Shown here: positions 1-9,904 of the stretch, piece by piece | Position numbering within the stretch: position 1 is the first letter of the stretch | Layout: every line of letters starts with the position of its first letter | DNA from: Gammaproteobacteria bacterium | GTDB taxonomy: Bacteria > Pseudomonadota > Gammaproteobacteria > UBA4575 | Assembly: GCA_029253965.1 (NCBI GenBank) | Contig: JAQWYM010000034.1 | Span: 1 to 57,877 of the forward strand | Direction of reading: 5' to 3' | Length of the DNA stretch: 57,877 nt | Translations under genes and position numbers: made by a program | The notes under the pieces: generated by a model | Databases searched by the model: none | Told to the model about the DNA's origin: nothing | Seen by the model: only the letters and a program-made list of their open reading frames with translations

Positions 1-67
1 TTACCCCAAGTGCCTTCGCTAGCATCTAAAGTAAGATTATTGAAAATTCACTGGAAGCTAAACCGAT

Positions 68-754
68 ATGCCAAAAGATCTCTCTACCAGCAATTCAGTA
101 AAGGCCTTCCTTGCCGCCAGCAAGCAACACCTGCCGAGTTCACAGCACAAGGCACAAGGCCGGCTATTATTCGCTATGGATGCTACGGCTAGCCGTGAAG
201 CTAGCTGGAGCATGGCCTGCAAAATTCAGTCTGAAATGTTCACTGCAGCGGCTGGTTTAGAGGTTGGCCTCTGTTATTACCGTGGACTTACTGAGTTCCA
301 TACCTTTCCATGGAGTCAAAATAGCACTGTTCTAAAAAAACAAATGCTCAGCGTTTCTTGCGCTGCCGGACAGACACAGATAGAACGCCTCTTAGAGCAT
401 GCCGTTCGCCAAGGTAGTCAGCAAAAAATGAAGGCCGTCGTCTTAGTTGCTGATTGTATTGAAGAGTCACTTGATAGCATCGCACATCATGCTGCACGAC
501 TCGGACTGTTGGGAATTCCCTTGTTTATTTTTCAAGAGGGATATAATGCCAATGCCGAAAAAGCTTTTCGTCATCTAAGCCAACTTAGCAATGGTGCTTA
601 CTGCCGCTTTGATATTAATAGCCTGGCACAGTTAAGAGATTTATTAGCCGCTGTGGCAAGCTATGCTGTCGGAGGATTAAAAGCCTTAAAAGAACATGAC
701 CAAGGCAAAAATGCCCTACTCACTCAATTAATTAAACAACTACCTGCAAAGTAA
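68..754 (+). CDS. von Willebrand factor A (VWA) domain protein
   Basis: 228-aa ORF with a MIDAS-like DATAS (DxTxS) motif near the N-terminus. Only a 4-nt gap to the next gene. Confidence 0.65.
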   Translation: MPKDLSTSNSVKAFLAASKQHLPSSQHKAQGRLLFAMDATASREASWSMACKIQSEMFTAAAGLEVGLCYYRGLTEFHTFPWSQNSTVLKKQMLSVSCAAGQTQIERLLEHAVRQGSQQKMKAVVLVADCIEESLDSIAHHAARLGLLGIPLFIFQEGYNANAEKAFRHLSQLSNGAYCRFDINSLAQLRDLLAAVASYAVGGLKALKEHDQGKNALLTQLIKQLPAK

Positions 755-757
755 CTT

Positions 758-1480
758 ATGGCACGCATTGTCTTACTTATTCTAGCGATTATCGCCGCAC
801 TGATCTTATTCCGTTGGTTGAAACGACAACCGTTGGAGAAACGCTGGAAAGTCATTGCGACGCTTATTGCTGCAGTCTTGCTGGTACTGGTTGCCACTGG
901 CCGCATGCATTGGTTATTTGCCCTAATTGGGGCAGCTCTCCCTGTCGCAAGACGTCTACTCGGCCTATTACGCTTTGCGCCACTGCTAAGAGGGGGCTTT
1001 AATCGTTTCAGTAGCCATACACCCAGCTCTGGCCAACAGTCGTTGGTAGAGACTCAATACCTGAGTATGAGCTTGGATCATGACAGTGGAGCACTCTCTG
1101 GTCGCATCAAAGACGGCGAACATGCCGGACTCAATTTGCAGCAATTAAGCCAAGATCAGCTCATAGCACTGCATCAGAACTACTGCCAACTAGACCCTGA
1201 CTCAGAACAATTACTAGGAAATTACATCGACAGAACGCATGGCACTGAATGGCGCGCTCAGAATCAATCAAATAAAACAGAAGAAACTAGTACTGCACAA
1301 CTATCAGAAAATGAAGCTTATGCAATCCTTGGACTAGAGCCAGGGGCAGATAAACAGAGTATTCTAAAAGCACATAAACAGTTGATGCAGAAGATTCATC
1401 CAGATCGAGGTGGCTCGAGTTACCTCGCCGTCAAGATTAATCAAGCACGGGATCTGCTGATCACTCAAATTACAGATTAA
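758..1480 (+). CDS. membrane-anchored J-domain co-chaperone (DjlA-like architecture)
   Basis: 240 aa with N-terminal hydrophobic helices. C-terminal J domain carries the HPD motif (AYAILGLEPGAD...KIHPDRGG). Confidence 0.75.
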   Translation: MARIVLLILAIIAALILFRWLKRQPLEKRWKVIATLIAAVLLVLVATGRMHWLFALIGAALPVARRLLGLLRFAPLLRGGFNRFSSHTPSSGQQSLVETQYLSMSLDHDSGALSGRIKDGEHAGLNLQQLSQDQLIALHQNYCQLDPDSEQLLGNYIDRTHGTEWRAQNQSNKTEETSTAQLSENEAYAILGLEPGADKQSILKAHKQLMQKIHPDRGGSSYLAVKINQARDLLITQITD

Positions 1481-1486
1481 ATTGCT

Positions 1487-3772
1487 ATGAACTTCAGATT
1501 TTGGCGCCGCAAAAAGAATAAACCAGTAGCATCTGTACCCATAGACTCAGATTACCAATATGAGATTAAGTCCTACTCTAAGGACGGTGGCTTTATTCAG
1601 TCCTTAGATCGTGCCGGACGAAATCAAAACGGTTCAATTTATGGGGGTATGAGTGAGCGTGAGATTCAGCTTCGCCTAGAACTGGTTGTTGAACAGGTGC
1701 TAACCACCGCACGCAGTGTCTTTGCGCCAGCGCAGCAACTCACCCAGTTCAGCCTGGCTGATCAAGAACGTTTTATCCAATCAGCAAACACCGTCTCTGC
1801 TATAGATGCTGAACTTTCATACCACTTTTGCCACCTTGCCCCAGCAGCATTAATGCTACTCGATGAAGGTGACTGGCTTGATTGGATTGAACACATCACC
1901 ACGCAGTATCAAGCACAGGATGTCACTGCTGCAATCACCGAAATGCGAGCAATAGAAGCCTATGTCGCCAGCAAGAGCAGTGCGCCGAGCTCAGTCAGCT
2001 ATGATGAAATATCCCGTGTTATTGAGAGCATTGTTCTCGGACTTAATGGTCGCTCACTGAGTCTGGAGAGCAGTGAAAATCTCTTCACTGATACTGAGAC
2101 CTTACATCTACCTGAACGCTTGAGTGAGTTCAAAACGCGTGATCAGAACTTTGCCTTATATAAGTCGATTGCTGTGCATCAATGGGCGCAGACATGGTTC
2201 GGCACCTTCCGCATCAATATTCAGCAGCTAGTAACCACCTTCAAAGATAGTGAGCGTGCATTAAACCTATTCCATGCGCTTGAGACCGTGCGTCTAGATA
2301 AACAGATAGAGCGAGAGCTACCCGGGATTGCTCGTGCTATGCGTCAATTTAATTCACTACTAGTAGCTACTGACCTACCAGAAGTCTGGCAACAGGCCGT
2401 CAAAAAGCTATCCATGCCTGAGGCGACTGTGCATGACACCGCAGAATTGCTTTATGCCCTTTATGATCAGGCCTACCTACCCGAACCAACGTTGTACCAG
2501 GGTGAGTTAGATCCCGAGTTGGCAAACGCTAAGATAAAAGAGCGCAGTAATCAGGAAAAAACTGAGCTGCAAGAAAAATTAACGGAGTTGCGTGAAGAAT
2601 TGATGTCGAGCTCAGACAGCATGCCAGGTGAAGGTGGTGGTGATGGTGAAGATGGTGCTGACGAGGAAAACTTTGAACTACGAGAAGTGGAAGATGATGA
2701 GAGACCCGATGGCTATCGTTACGACCTAGAGCTCGATGGTGAAACGGTGGATACACCCGAAGAAATTCAAGCACTCCTTGACTCTATTCAACAAGACTTG
2801 GGAGATATCCCAGAAGATTATTTAGAAACTAATGACAATAAGGCTGCTACGGATAACAGAGGCCTTGAAACCGATAAGGAGACTCTTGAAGGCGCCGGTG
2901 AAGCCCTTGCTTTGTATGATGAATGGGATCACTCACGACAGAAATATCGCAAAGACTACTGTCATTTATTTGAGCATACGGTGCCAGAGGTAACCTCAGA
3001 CTTTGCCGCGAAAACATTGAAAAAACACTACGGCTTGATGAAGAGTTTAAACCGCACTTTTGAGGCTTTACGTGATGACAACCGCCGTTTGCGAAAACAA
3101 CCCTATGGTGAAGATATTGATCTAGATGCCGTTATTGAGTCTTATGCAGATATCATCAACGGTCATGAACTCAGTCAAAACCTCTTCATTAAACAACGTA
3201 AAGTTGATCGTAATATTGCTGTTATGTTTATGGTCGACATGAGTGGCTCAACCTCTGGTTGGATCAACGAAATGGAACGCGAAGCCTTAATTTTACTCTG
3301 TGAGTCTTTGCAGCTCTTAGGTGATCAATATGCCATCTATGGGTTTTCTGGTAGAACCCATCAGCGCTGTGATCTATACCGAATAAAAGAATTTGATGAG
3401 CCTTACTCAAAAGAAGTGAAGGGTAGAATTGCAGGCATCAAGCCACAAGATTATACGCGTATGGGTGTGGCTATTCGCCACCTCAGTAAACTGCTAAGTA
3501 AGGTTGAAGCCAAGAGTAAACTGTTAATTACATTATCTGATGGTCGCCCAGATGATCAGGACGGTTATCGTGGTGTCTATGGTATTGAAGATACCCGTCG
3601 TGCCTTAGTTGAAGCCAAGTTTTTAGGTATCCACCCATTCTGCATCACCATCGATACAGAATCAGCCGATTACTTAAAGCATATGTATGGCCCAGTAAAC
3701 TTCACGATTGTCGACCAAGTTGATAAATTGCCGTATAAAGTGTCAGACATTTATAGACGAATCACAATGTAA
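1487..3772 (+). CDS. CbbO/NorD-family VWA-domain protein (partner of MoxR/CbbQ-type AAA+ ATPases)
   Basis: 761 aa. C-terminal VWA domain with a DMSGS MIDAS motif (VMFMVDMSGSTSGW), a long helical N-terminal region and an acidic linker. Size and architecture fit CbbO/NorD. Confidence 0.65.
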   Translation: MNFRFWRRKKNKPVASVPIDSDYQYEIKSYSKDGGFIQSLDRAGRNQNGSIYGGMSEREIQLRLELVVEQVLTTARSVFAPAQQLTQFSLADQERFIQSANTVSAIDAELSYHFCHLAPAALMLLDEGDWLDWIEHITTQYQAQDVTAAITEMRAIEAYVASKSSAPSSVSYDEISRVIESIVLGLNGRSLSLESSENLFTDTETLHLPERLSEFKTRDQNFALYKSIAVHQWAQTWFGTFRINIQQLVTTFKDSERALNLFHALETVRLDKQIERELPGIARAMRQFNSLLVATDLPEVWQQAVKKLSMPEATVHDTAELLYALYDQAYLPEPTLYQGELDPELANAKIKERSNQEKTELQEKLTELREELMSSSDSMPGEGGGDGEDGADEENFELREVEDDERPDGYRYDLELDGETVDTPEEIQALLDSIQQDLGDIPEDYLETNDNKAATDNRGLETDKETLEGAGEALALYDEWDHSRQKYRKDYCHLFEHTVPEVTSDFAAKTLKKHYGLMKSLNRTFEALRDDNRRLRKQPYGEDIDLDAVIESYADIINGHELSQNLFIKQRKVDRNIAVMFMVDMSGSTSGWINEMEREALILLCESLQLLGDQYAIYGFSGRTHQRCDLYRIKEFDEPYSKEVKGRIAGIKPQDYTRMGVAIRHLSKLLSKVEAKSKLLITLSDGRPDDQDGYRGVYGIEDTRRALVEAKFLGIHPFCITIDTESADYLKHMYGPVNFTIVDQVDKLPYKVSDIYRRITM

Positions 3773-3776
3773 TACC

Positions 3777-4955
3777 ATGCCTGATGACAAGCCTGCCCTT
3801 CTGCGTCCAAGCGCGCGAAGTCGCGCCGTTAAAAACCCTATAATCCCAACCGTCAATACTTGGGTGAAGCAATACCCAGGGACTGTTTCACTGGGTCAGG
3901 GTGTTGCCTTTTTCTCACCGCCGAATGAGGCCCTAAGAGCCGTTAAAGAACGCTTGCATGAGAAACAACTAGATCTCTATGGGCCTGTGCAGGGTATCCC
4001 CGAGTTAGTCACTGCTTTACGGCAAAAACTAGAAACAAAAAATCAGGTCCAGTTTGATCAAGGCCAAGAAGTTTTTGTCACTGCCGGCTCAAATATGGCT
4101 TTTAGCTCTTTGATGCTAGCCCTGCTCGACCCAGATGATGAGGTTATCTTACTGACACCCTTCTACTTTAATCATGAAATGGCTATCACCTTAGCTAATG
4201 GTAAAGCGGTATTAACGCCAACGCTGGATAACTTTCATCCTGATTTAGATGCCATAAAAAACAACATCAGCGCAAGGACAAAAGCCATAGTAACGGTTTC
4301 ACCAAATAACCCGACTGCGGCGGTCTATAGCAAAGAAGAGTTGACTGAGATCAATCAATTGTGTGAACGCCATGGTCTCTACCATATTTCAGATGAGGCT
4401 TATGAAGACTTTGTTTTTGAGGACGCTGAACATTTTTCAGCAGCCAGCCTAAGCCACAGTGCAAGCCATACAATCAGCCTCTATTCTTTTTCTAAGGCTT
4501 ACGGCTTTGCCGGTTGGCGGGTTGGCTACATGCTGGTGCCTGCTGACCTCACAGCAGCGCTGCACAAGATCCAAGACACCGTCTTGATATCACCCCCTAT
4601 TATTTCCCAACTTGCCGCTCTAGGCGCATTACAAGCTGACAGCAGCTACCTGCAAACACACCTGAATGAGATCAAAAGCTCCAGAACATTGTGCTTACAG
4701 GCATTGAATAGCTCAGGAGTTTTACTGCAGGAGGCCAGATCGGAGGGTGCTTTTTATATCTTTGCGCAGATTCAAAGTCAGCACAGTGATCTAGATACGG
4801 TGCATCACCTGATCCGTGAGCATGCCGTCGCCACCATACCTGGCAGCGCTTTTGCAAAAGCGGGTTATCTTAGAATTTCTTATGGGGCTCTGACTGCACA
4901 AAACGTTGAAGTTGGCATGCAACGTTTAATTGAGGGTTTGCAACAGTTAGCTTAA
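3777..4955 (+). CDS. class I/II pyridoxal-phosphate-dependent aminotransferase
   Basis: Start moved to the ATG at 3777, because the track ORF start at 3708 lies inside the upstream gene. Motifs SPNNPTAAVY and SFSKAYGFAGWRVGY (PLP lysine) are present. Confidence 0.8.
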   Translation: MPDDKPALLRPSARSRAVKNPIIPTVNTWVKQYPGTVSLGQGVAFFSPPNEALRAVKERLHEKQLDLYGPVQGIPELVTALRQKLETKNQVQFDQGQEVFVTAGSNMAFSSLMLALLDPDDEVILLTPFYFNHEMAITLANGKAVLTPTLDNFHPDLDAIKNNISARTKAIVTVSPNNPTAAVYSKEELTEINQLCERHGLYHISDEAYEDFVFEDAEHFSAASLSHSASHTISLYSFSKAYGFAGWRVGYMLVPADLTAALHKIQDTVLISPPIISQLAALGALQADSSYLQTHLNEIKSSRTLCLQALNSSGVLLQEARSEGAFYIFAQIQSQHSDLDTVHHLIREHAVATIPGSAFAKAGYLRISYGALTAQNVEVGMQRLIEGLQQLA

Positions 4956-4964
4956 ACGCAGTCG

Positions 4965-5456
4965 CTAGGTAGGCAAACCAACATGCAACGCCTGGTTACG
5001 TTGTTCCATTTCTTTACGCATTTCACAACGCATTTTTCCTGCTTCAAATAACTTTTTCTCTTCTGCAGAGTTAAGCTCTAAACGAGGCACTTCTAGGCCT
5101 TTGCCATCGTCATCTACTGCGACCATCGTGAAGTAGCAAGAAATAGCATGATACTTAGTTTTGCTCTTGATGTTTTCGGCTTCAACTCGGATACCAATCT
5201 CCATTGAAGAGCGTCCTACATAATTAACATTGCACTTGAATGTAATCAGATCACCCACCATAACCGCACGCTTAAAACCGACATGATCCAAGGCCGCTGT
5301 CACCACATAGGCCTTGCAGTAGCGTGATGCACATGAATAAGCCGCTTCATCAAGCACTTTGAGTAAGGCCCCACCATGCACTTTGCCGGAAAAATTCGCC
5401 ATATCAGGCGTCATCAGCCGCGTCATAAAAAGGGATTTCTCTTGTGCTTCGGACAT
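4965..5456 (-). CDS. acyl-CoA thioesterase (hotdog fold, YciA-like)
   Basis: 163 aa. The N-terminal VHGGALLKVLDEAAY block and overall length are typical of YciA/ACOT thioesterases. Confidence 0.75.
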   Translation of the reverse strand: MSEAQEKSLFMTRLMTPDMANFSGKVHGGALLKVLDEAAYSCASRYCKAYVVTAALDHVGFKRAVMVGDLITFKCNVNYVGRSSMEIGIRVEAENIKSKTKYHAISCYFTMVAVDDDGKGLEVPRLELNSAEEKKLFEAGKMRCEMRKEMEQRNQALHVGLPT

Positions 5457-5707
5457 ACTAGCGCCTCAAATTGCATAATCTCAGAACTGTACCTTCAAAA
5501 GAATTCAGCTAAGAATGGTTTTAATAAACAAACAATACACCATACTAAATTAGATTTTAGGCTCTGACTAGCTGATATAACGTATCTTGATTGTACAGGC
5601 AGGGAACTAAGCAACGCCAATCCACCTCGTACTGTTTTAGAAATACGCATATACTAGAAAAAAGCTAACTTGCTTAACGGCAACCTCTCAAAGAAGGCTC
5701 ATACACA

Positions 5708-7804
5708 GTGTTTAGAAAAAAACTCGTTCTGACTTTACTGACTCTGACAGCACTGCTCATAGGCAGCAGTGGCTTAATCGCCAAAACTTCAGACTTAGAG
5801 CCGCTGGCGCCATCAGCTGTTCATCTGAAAGCGACTAATCTGATTACTAACTTTCTAGAACGTTATCACTATCGAAAGTTTAATTTGGACGATAGTTTTT
5901 CAGACAAAATTCACAGCCATTTCATAGACAGTTTAGACCCAGGAAAGAACTATTTTTTAGCCAGCGACATCCAAAACTTCTAGCAGTACCGCTACCTAAT
6001 AGATGACTTTCTAGAGAACTCCGACCTCAGGGCTCCCTATGCTTTCATCACTCTCTATCAACAGCGTGTCAGTGAACGTGTGAGTTTTGCCATATCTCTA
6101 CTTGAGACAGATTTTGACTTTACCAAGGAAGAGGTTTTTTTAATTGACCGTGAAGATGCCTCCTGGCCACAAGGCCAGAGCGGACAAAACGACCTATGGC
6201 GTAAGCGCGTAAAGAACGATGTCTTGTCATTACATCTGGCAGAAAAGACAAAAGATGAGATAAAGACGACCTTAACAAAACGTTATGAAGGCATAAAAAA
6301 ACGCAGCCATCAGTTAAATTCAAATGATGTCTACCAAATTTTCATTAATGCCTTTGCAACCAGTATTGACCCTCACACCAGCTATTTATCACCTCGCAGC
6401 TATGACAATTTTGAAATTCGCATGTCACTGTCCCTAGAAGGCATTGGCGCAATGTTGCGTTTGGATGATGATTACACTCTAGTCAGCCGTGTAATCCCTG
6501 GTGGCCCAGCTGATCTCAGTGGTTTATTGAAGTCAAAAGACCGAATCATTGGTATTGCGCAAGCAGATGATGAAGTTTTTGTTGATGTGGTTGGCTGGCG
6601 TCTAGATGAAGTTGTCGACCTAATTCGAGGTAAGAAGGGTACCGTTGTTAGACTGCAACTGCTTCGTGGTGAACAAGGTGATGCGGCTGTCCCTGAAGAA
6701 ATAAGCCTGGTTCGCAATAAAATAAAACTTGAAGAGCAAGCCGCACAAAAGGCGAGCTTAGAGCTTGAACATGAAAATGGCAGCAGCAAGGTGGGCATCA
6801 TTACCATCCCTACTTTCTACATGGACTTTGCGGCCTATCAAAAAGGTGAAAAAGATTACAGAAGTACAACCAGAGATGTTGAGCAACTAATTGCGGAACT
6901 GAAAGAAGACGATATTGAGACATTAATATTAGATTTACGATCTAACGGTGGTGGCTCTCTGATTGAAGCTACTAATCTTGCCGGTCTTTTTATTGATCAT
7001 GGGCCTATAGTTCAGGTTCAGGACTCCACGGGTAACTTAGAGATACATCAAGATCTAAAAAAAGGTGCAGCCTACGAGGGCCCTCTGGTTATCTTAGTTG
7101 ATCGCTTTAGTGCATCAGCCTCAGAGATTGTAGCTAGCGCCCTGCAAGACTATGGCCGTGCTGTTGTTGTTGGTGAAGCGACTTATGGCAAGGGTTCAGT
7201 GCAGCAGCTTATAGACTTAAACCAGTTCAGTCGCAGCAAAGAAGATAAGCTCGGACAACTTAAAGCGACTATTGCCCAGTATTTTCGTGTTGATGGTGGC
7301 AGCACACAACACAGGGGTGTGTTACCAGACATCGACTATGCTGAAGGCATTGAGGTTAGCGATCGCGGTGAGCGCAGCTTAAAAAATGCCTTACCATGGA
7401 GTCAGATCACGCCAGCCAGTTATCAAGGTCAAATCATTGCTCGCAGTGTTATTCAGCAATTAGACAAACAACACCAAAGTCGTGTCGCTGATAATCAACG
7501 TTACCAAACCATGCTCAAGCTACTTAAATTGAATGAGACTTTAACTGATCGTAAGACGGTCTCGCTGAATGAGAAAATGCGTAAAAAACGCTTTGATGAA
7601 CTTGAAAATAAGCGTAAAGAGTTTGAAACAGCATTAGGTATGAAAGACAGCCAATCTGAAGAAAACTTTGATGAGGAAGAAAAAGTTAATCTTGAAGATG
7701 ACATTTTATTGTTAGAGGCCGCAGAGATTGCACATGACCTCAATATCTACTGGAATCGTAAAAGCCAATCTGTACAGCCTTTAAAGCAAACGGCTGCCAA
7801 CTAA
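5708..7804 (+). pseudogene. prc: tail-specific (C-terminal processing) protease Prc, interrupted by a single in-frame TAG at 5981-5983
   Basis: ORFs 5708-5983 and 6080-7804 are in the same frame, and the 96 nt between them are open. The joined translation aligns along its length with E. coli Prc (signal peptide, SLSLEGIGA, PDZ region, DLRSNGGG, RFSASASE, TYGKGSVQQ). Confidence 0.6.
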
Positions 7805-7823
7805 GATAGGCTATCATTTGCGG

Positions 7824-8627
7824 CTATAGCACAGTCGTTAACATGCGCAGACTGAGCAGTAAAAGGCAGACAGCAAATAATTTTTTAAGCAGTGCTGTAG
7901 GCAAGCTATGTGCCGCTCTAACCCCTAAGGGTGCCGTCAACGAACTCACCAGAGAAATAGCGATAACAGCAGGCAAATAGATATATCCAAAGACCCCAGC
8001 CTGCCCAGTCTCAACATTCCACCCCGTTATCAGATATCCACAGGCACCTGCGACTGCAATGGGCAGACCGACTGCAGCTGAAGTACCAATGGCCGCTTTG
8101 ATATCAATATGGCGCCACAGTAAATAAGGTACCGTCAACGATCCACCACCAATCGCTACCAGCGCAGATAGTGAGCCAATCGACAATGAGACAGCGTGAA
8201 CAGAGAGCTCATGCTGCGTCGTTTTTTTGCTTTGGCTAGGCTTAGAACAAAACATTTGTAGCGCAATGAATGCCATGAACAAAGTGAAAAATAATGCTAG
8301 ATATTGCGTACTCAGAATCGAGGCAAAGAAAGCTCCTGCAAAGGTGCCTATTAACACACCTGGTGTCATCATCCGCACGATAGGCCAATGCACTGCAGCA
8401 CGCGCATGATGTGCCCGCAGACTTGCGATTGCCGTCATGATAATGCAAGCCATTGATGTCCCTAAAGCTAGGTGAATGACCTGATCTAAGGGTAGCGACT
8501 GCCAAAGAAAGAGACTGCTGAGGATAGGCACCATAATACCGCCGCCACCAATTCCAAATAAGCCTGCAAAAAAACCAACGACAGCACCAAGCAGTAACAG
8601 TGCCACTAAAAATTCAATCGAGAGCAT
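7824..8627 (-). CDS. TauE/SafE family sulfite/anion exporter (DUF81)
   Basis: 267 aa and polytopic, with glycine-rich helices (GLFGIGGGGIMVP) repeated in both halves. Confidence 0.75.
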   Translation of the reverse strand: MLSIEFLVALLLLGAVVGFFAGLFGIGGGGIMVPILSSLFLWQSLPLDQVIHLALGTSMACIIMTAIASLRAHHARAAVHWPIVRMMTPGVLIGTFAGAFFASILSTQYLALFFTLFMAFIALQMFCSKPSQSKKTTQHELSVHAVSLSIGSLSALVAIGGGSLTVPYLLWRHIDIKAAIGTSAAVGLPIAVAGACGYLITGWNVETGQAGVFGYIYLPAVIAISLVSSLTAPLGVRAAHSLPTALLKKLFAVCLLLLSLRMLTTVL

Positions 8628-8684
8628 AGCTATTATTAATGCTCTTAGAGGTCAAACAGAAGGAACTGAGTGTCGCCGAACGAA

Positions 8685-9887
8685 CTAATACGCACTAGAA
8701 AGGCTGCCTATAATTTGAAAGCCAGCAATATAAGTGCCCAAGGCCGAACCCACCGTGCTCAGTAGAAAAACCAATATCACTCTAGCTACTCGATTACCGC
8801 GCCAACCAGAGAAGCTAGTACTGTCGTTGCGTAACTGCTGGAAGTCTTGCACCGTTGGCTTGCGTAGATAGATCTCAGCACCCGCGGTAACCACACCGGC
8901 ACCGATGGCAGGGTTTAGTGAGGTTAATGGCGCTGCAAAAAAGGCCACTACTACGGTCAAAATATGACCACCGGCAAGCAATGTGCCGGCTGCAGACAAA
9001 CCGCCATTAATGAGAATCCAATTAAAGACTAGACTCCACCCTAGATCGGAACTTTTATTAAAGCCAAAAGCAAAGCCAATGACGACAAGGAAGACAATCA
9101 ACCAAGGCAGGTAAGGCAATATACGGTTGCCTGCCGGTATCTCCTGCAGCTGCTGTATTCTCGTTAGAGGTGCACTCAGCCCTTCTTGCAGATGCTTAGA
9201 GAGACCTGCTAAATGGCCAGCACCGACCACAACTAAGATGTTTTGGTAGGCCTGAGTTTCTATGCTATTTGTAATCTTAGCCGCCATATATTCATCACGC
9301 TCAGCAATCAGAAGCTGCAATAGATCGGCTGCTGATTCTGAGAATTGGCTGAAGGCATTCTCAAGAATATCGCCCTGCTTAAGCTGTTCAATTTCTTCTT
9401 CAGAGACTTTTTCACGACTGAAAAGACTCGCAATCAGTCCTGAAACTACTGTCATTTTTCGCCACCAAGGGATACTCCGATACACTCTTTTTAAAGTGGT
9501 ACCAACATCGCGATCAATTAATAACAAAGGCAGTGCTTGTGCCGTAGCTAAGTCACTGGCTAGCTTCATCTCAGCACCGGGCTGAATCTCAAACTGCTCT
9601 GCTATGCGTTGTTGATAAGCACCCAGCGCAAGACTGGCAGCCACCATACTCGCCTTCCCCTGTTTAATAACCGCAAACAAATCCATCTCTGCATAGCCCT
9701 TAGCATCATTCATAGAGGCATAACGGTTATCGCAGAGTTCAATTGCAACCGCATCATAATCACCATTAACTATTTGATCTCTAACCGCCTCTACACTTTG
9801 TCTGGAGACATGCGCAGTACCAAGTAAGGTAATCCTACACTCGGCAAGCTGAATAATTTTATGCGGTTCATTCTCTAGATTAGTCAT
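8685..9887 (-). CDS. TraB/GumN family protein
   Basis: 400 aa. N-terminal LLGTAHVS motif and a C-terminal membrane domain, as in TraB pheromone-shutdown-like proteins. Confidence 0.65.
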   Translation of the reverse strand: MTNLENEPHKIIQLAECRITLLGTAHVSRQSVEAVRDQIVNGDYDAVAIELCDNRYASMNDAKGYAEMDLFAVIKQGKASMVAASLALGAYQQRIAEQFEIQPGAEMKLASDLATAQALPLLLIDRDVGTTLKRVYRSIPWWRKMTVVSGLIASLFSREKVSEEEIEQLKQGDILENAFSQFSESAADLLQLLIAERDEYMAAKITNSIETQAYQNILVVVGAGHLAGLSKHLQEGLSAPLTRIQQLQEIPAGNRILPYLPWLIVFLVVIGFAFGFNKSSDLGWSLVFNWILINGGLSAAGTLLAGGHILTVVVAFFAAPLTSLNPAIGAGVVTAGAEIYLRKPTVQDFQQLRNDSTSFSGWRGNRVARVILVFLLSTVGSALGTYIAGFQIIGSLSSAY

Positions 9888-9904
9888 AGGAGTCTTTTAA
9901 TTAT

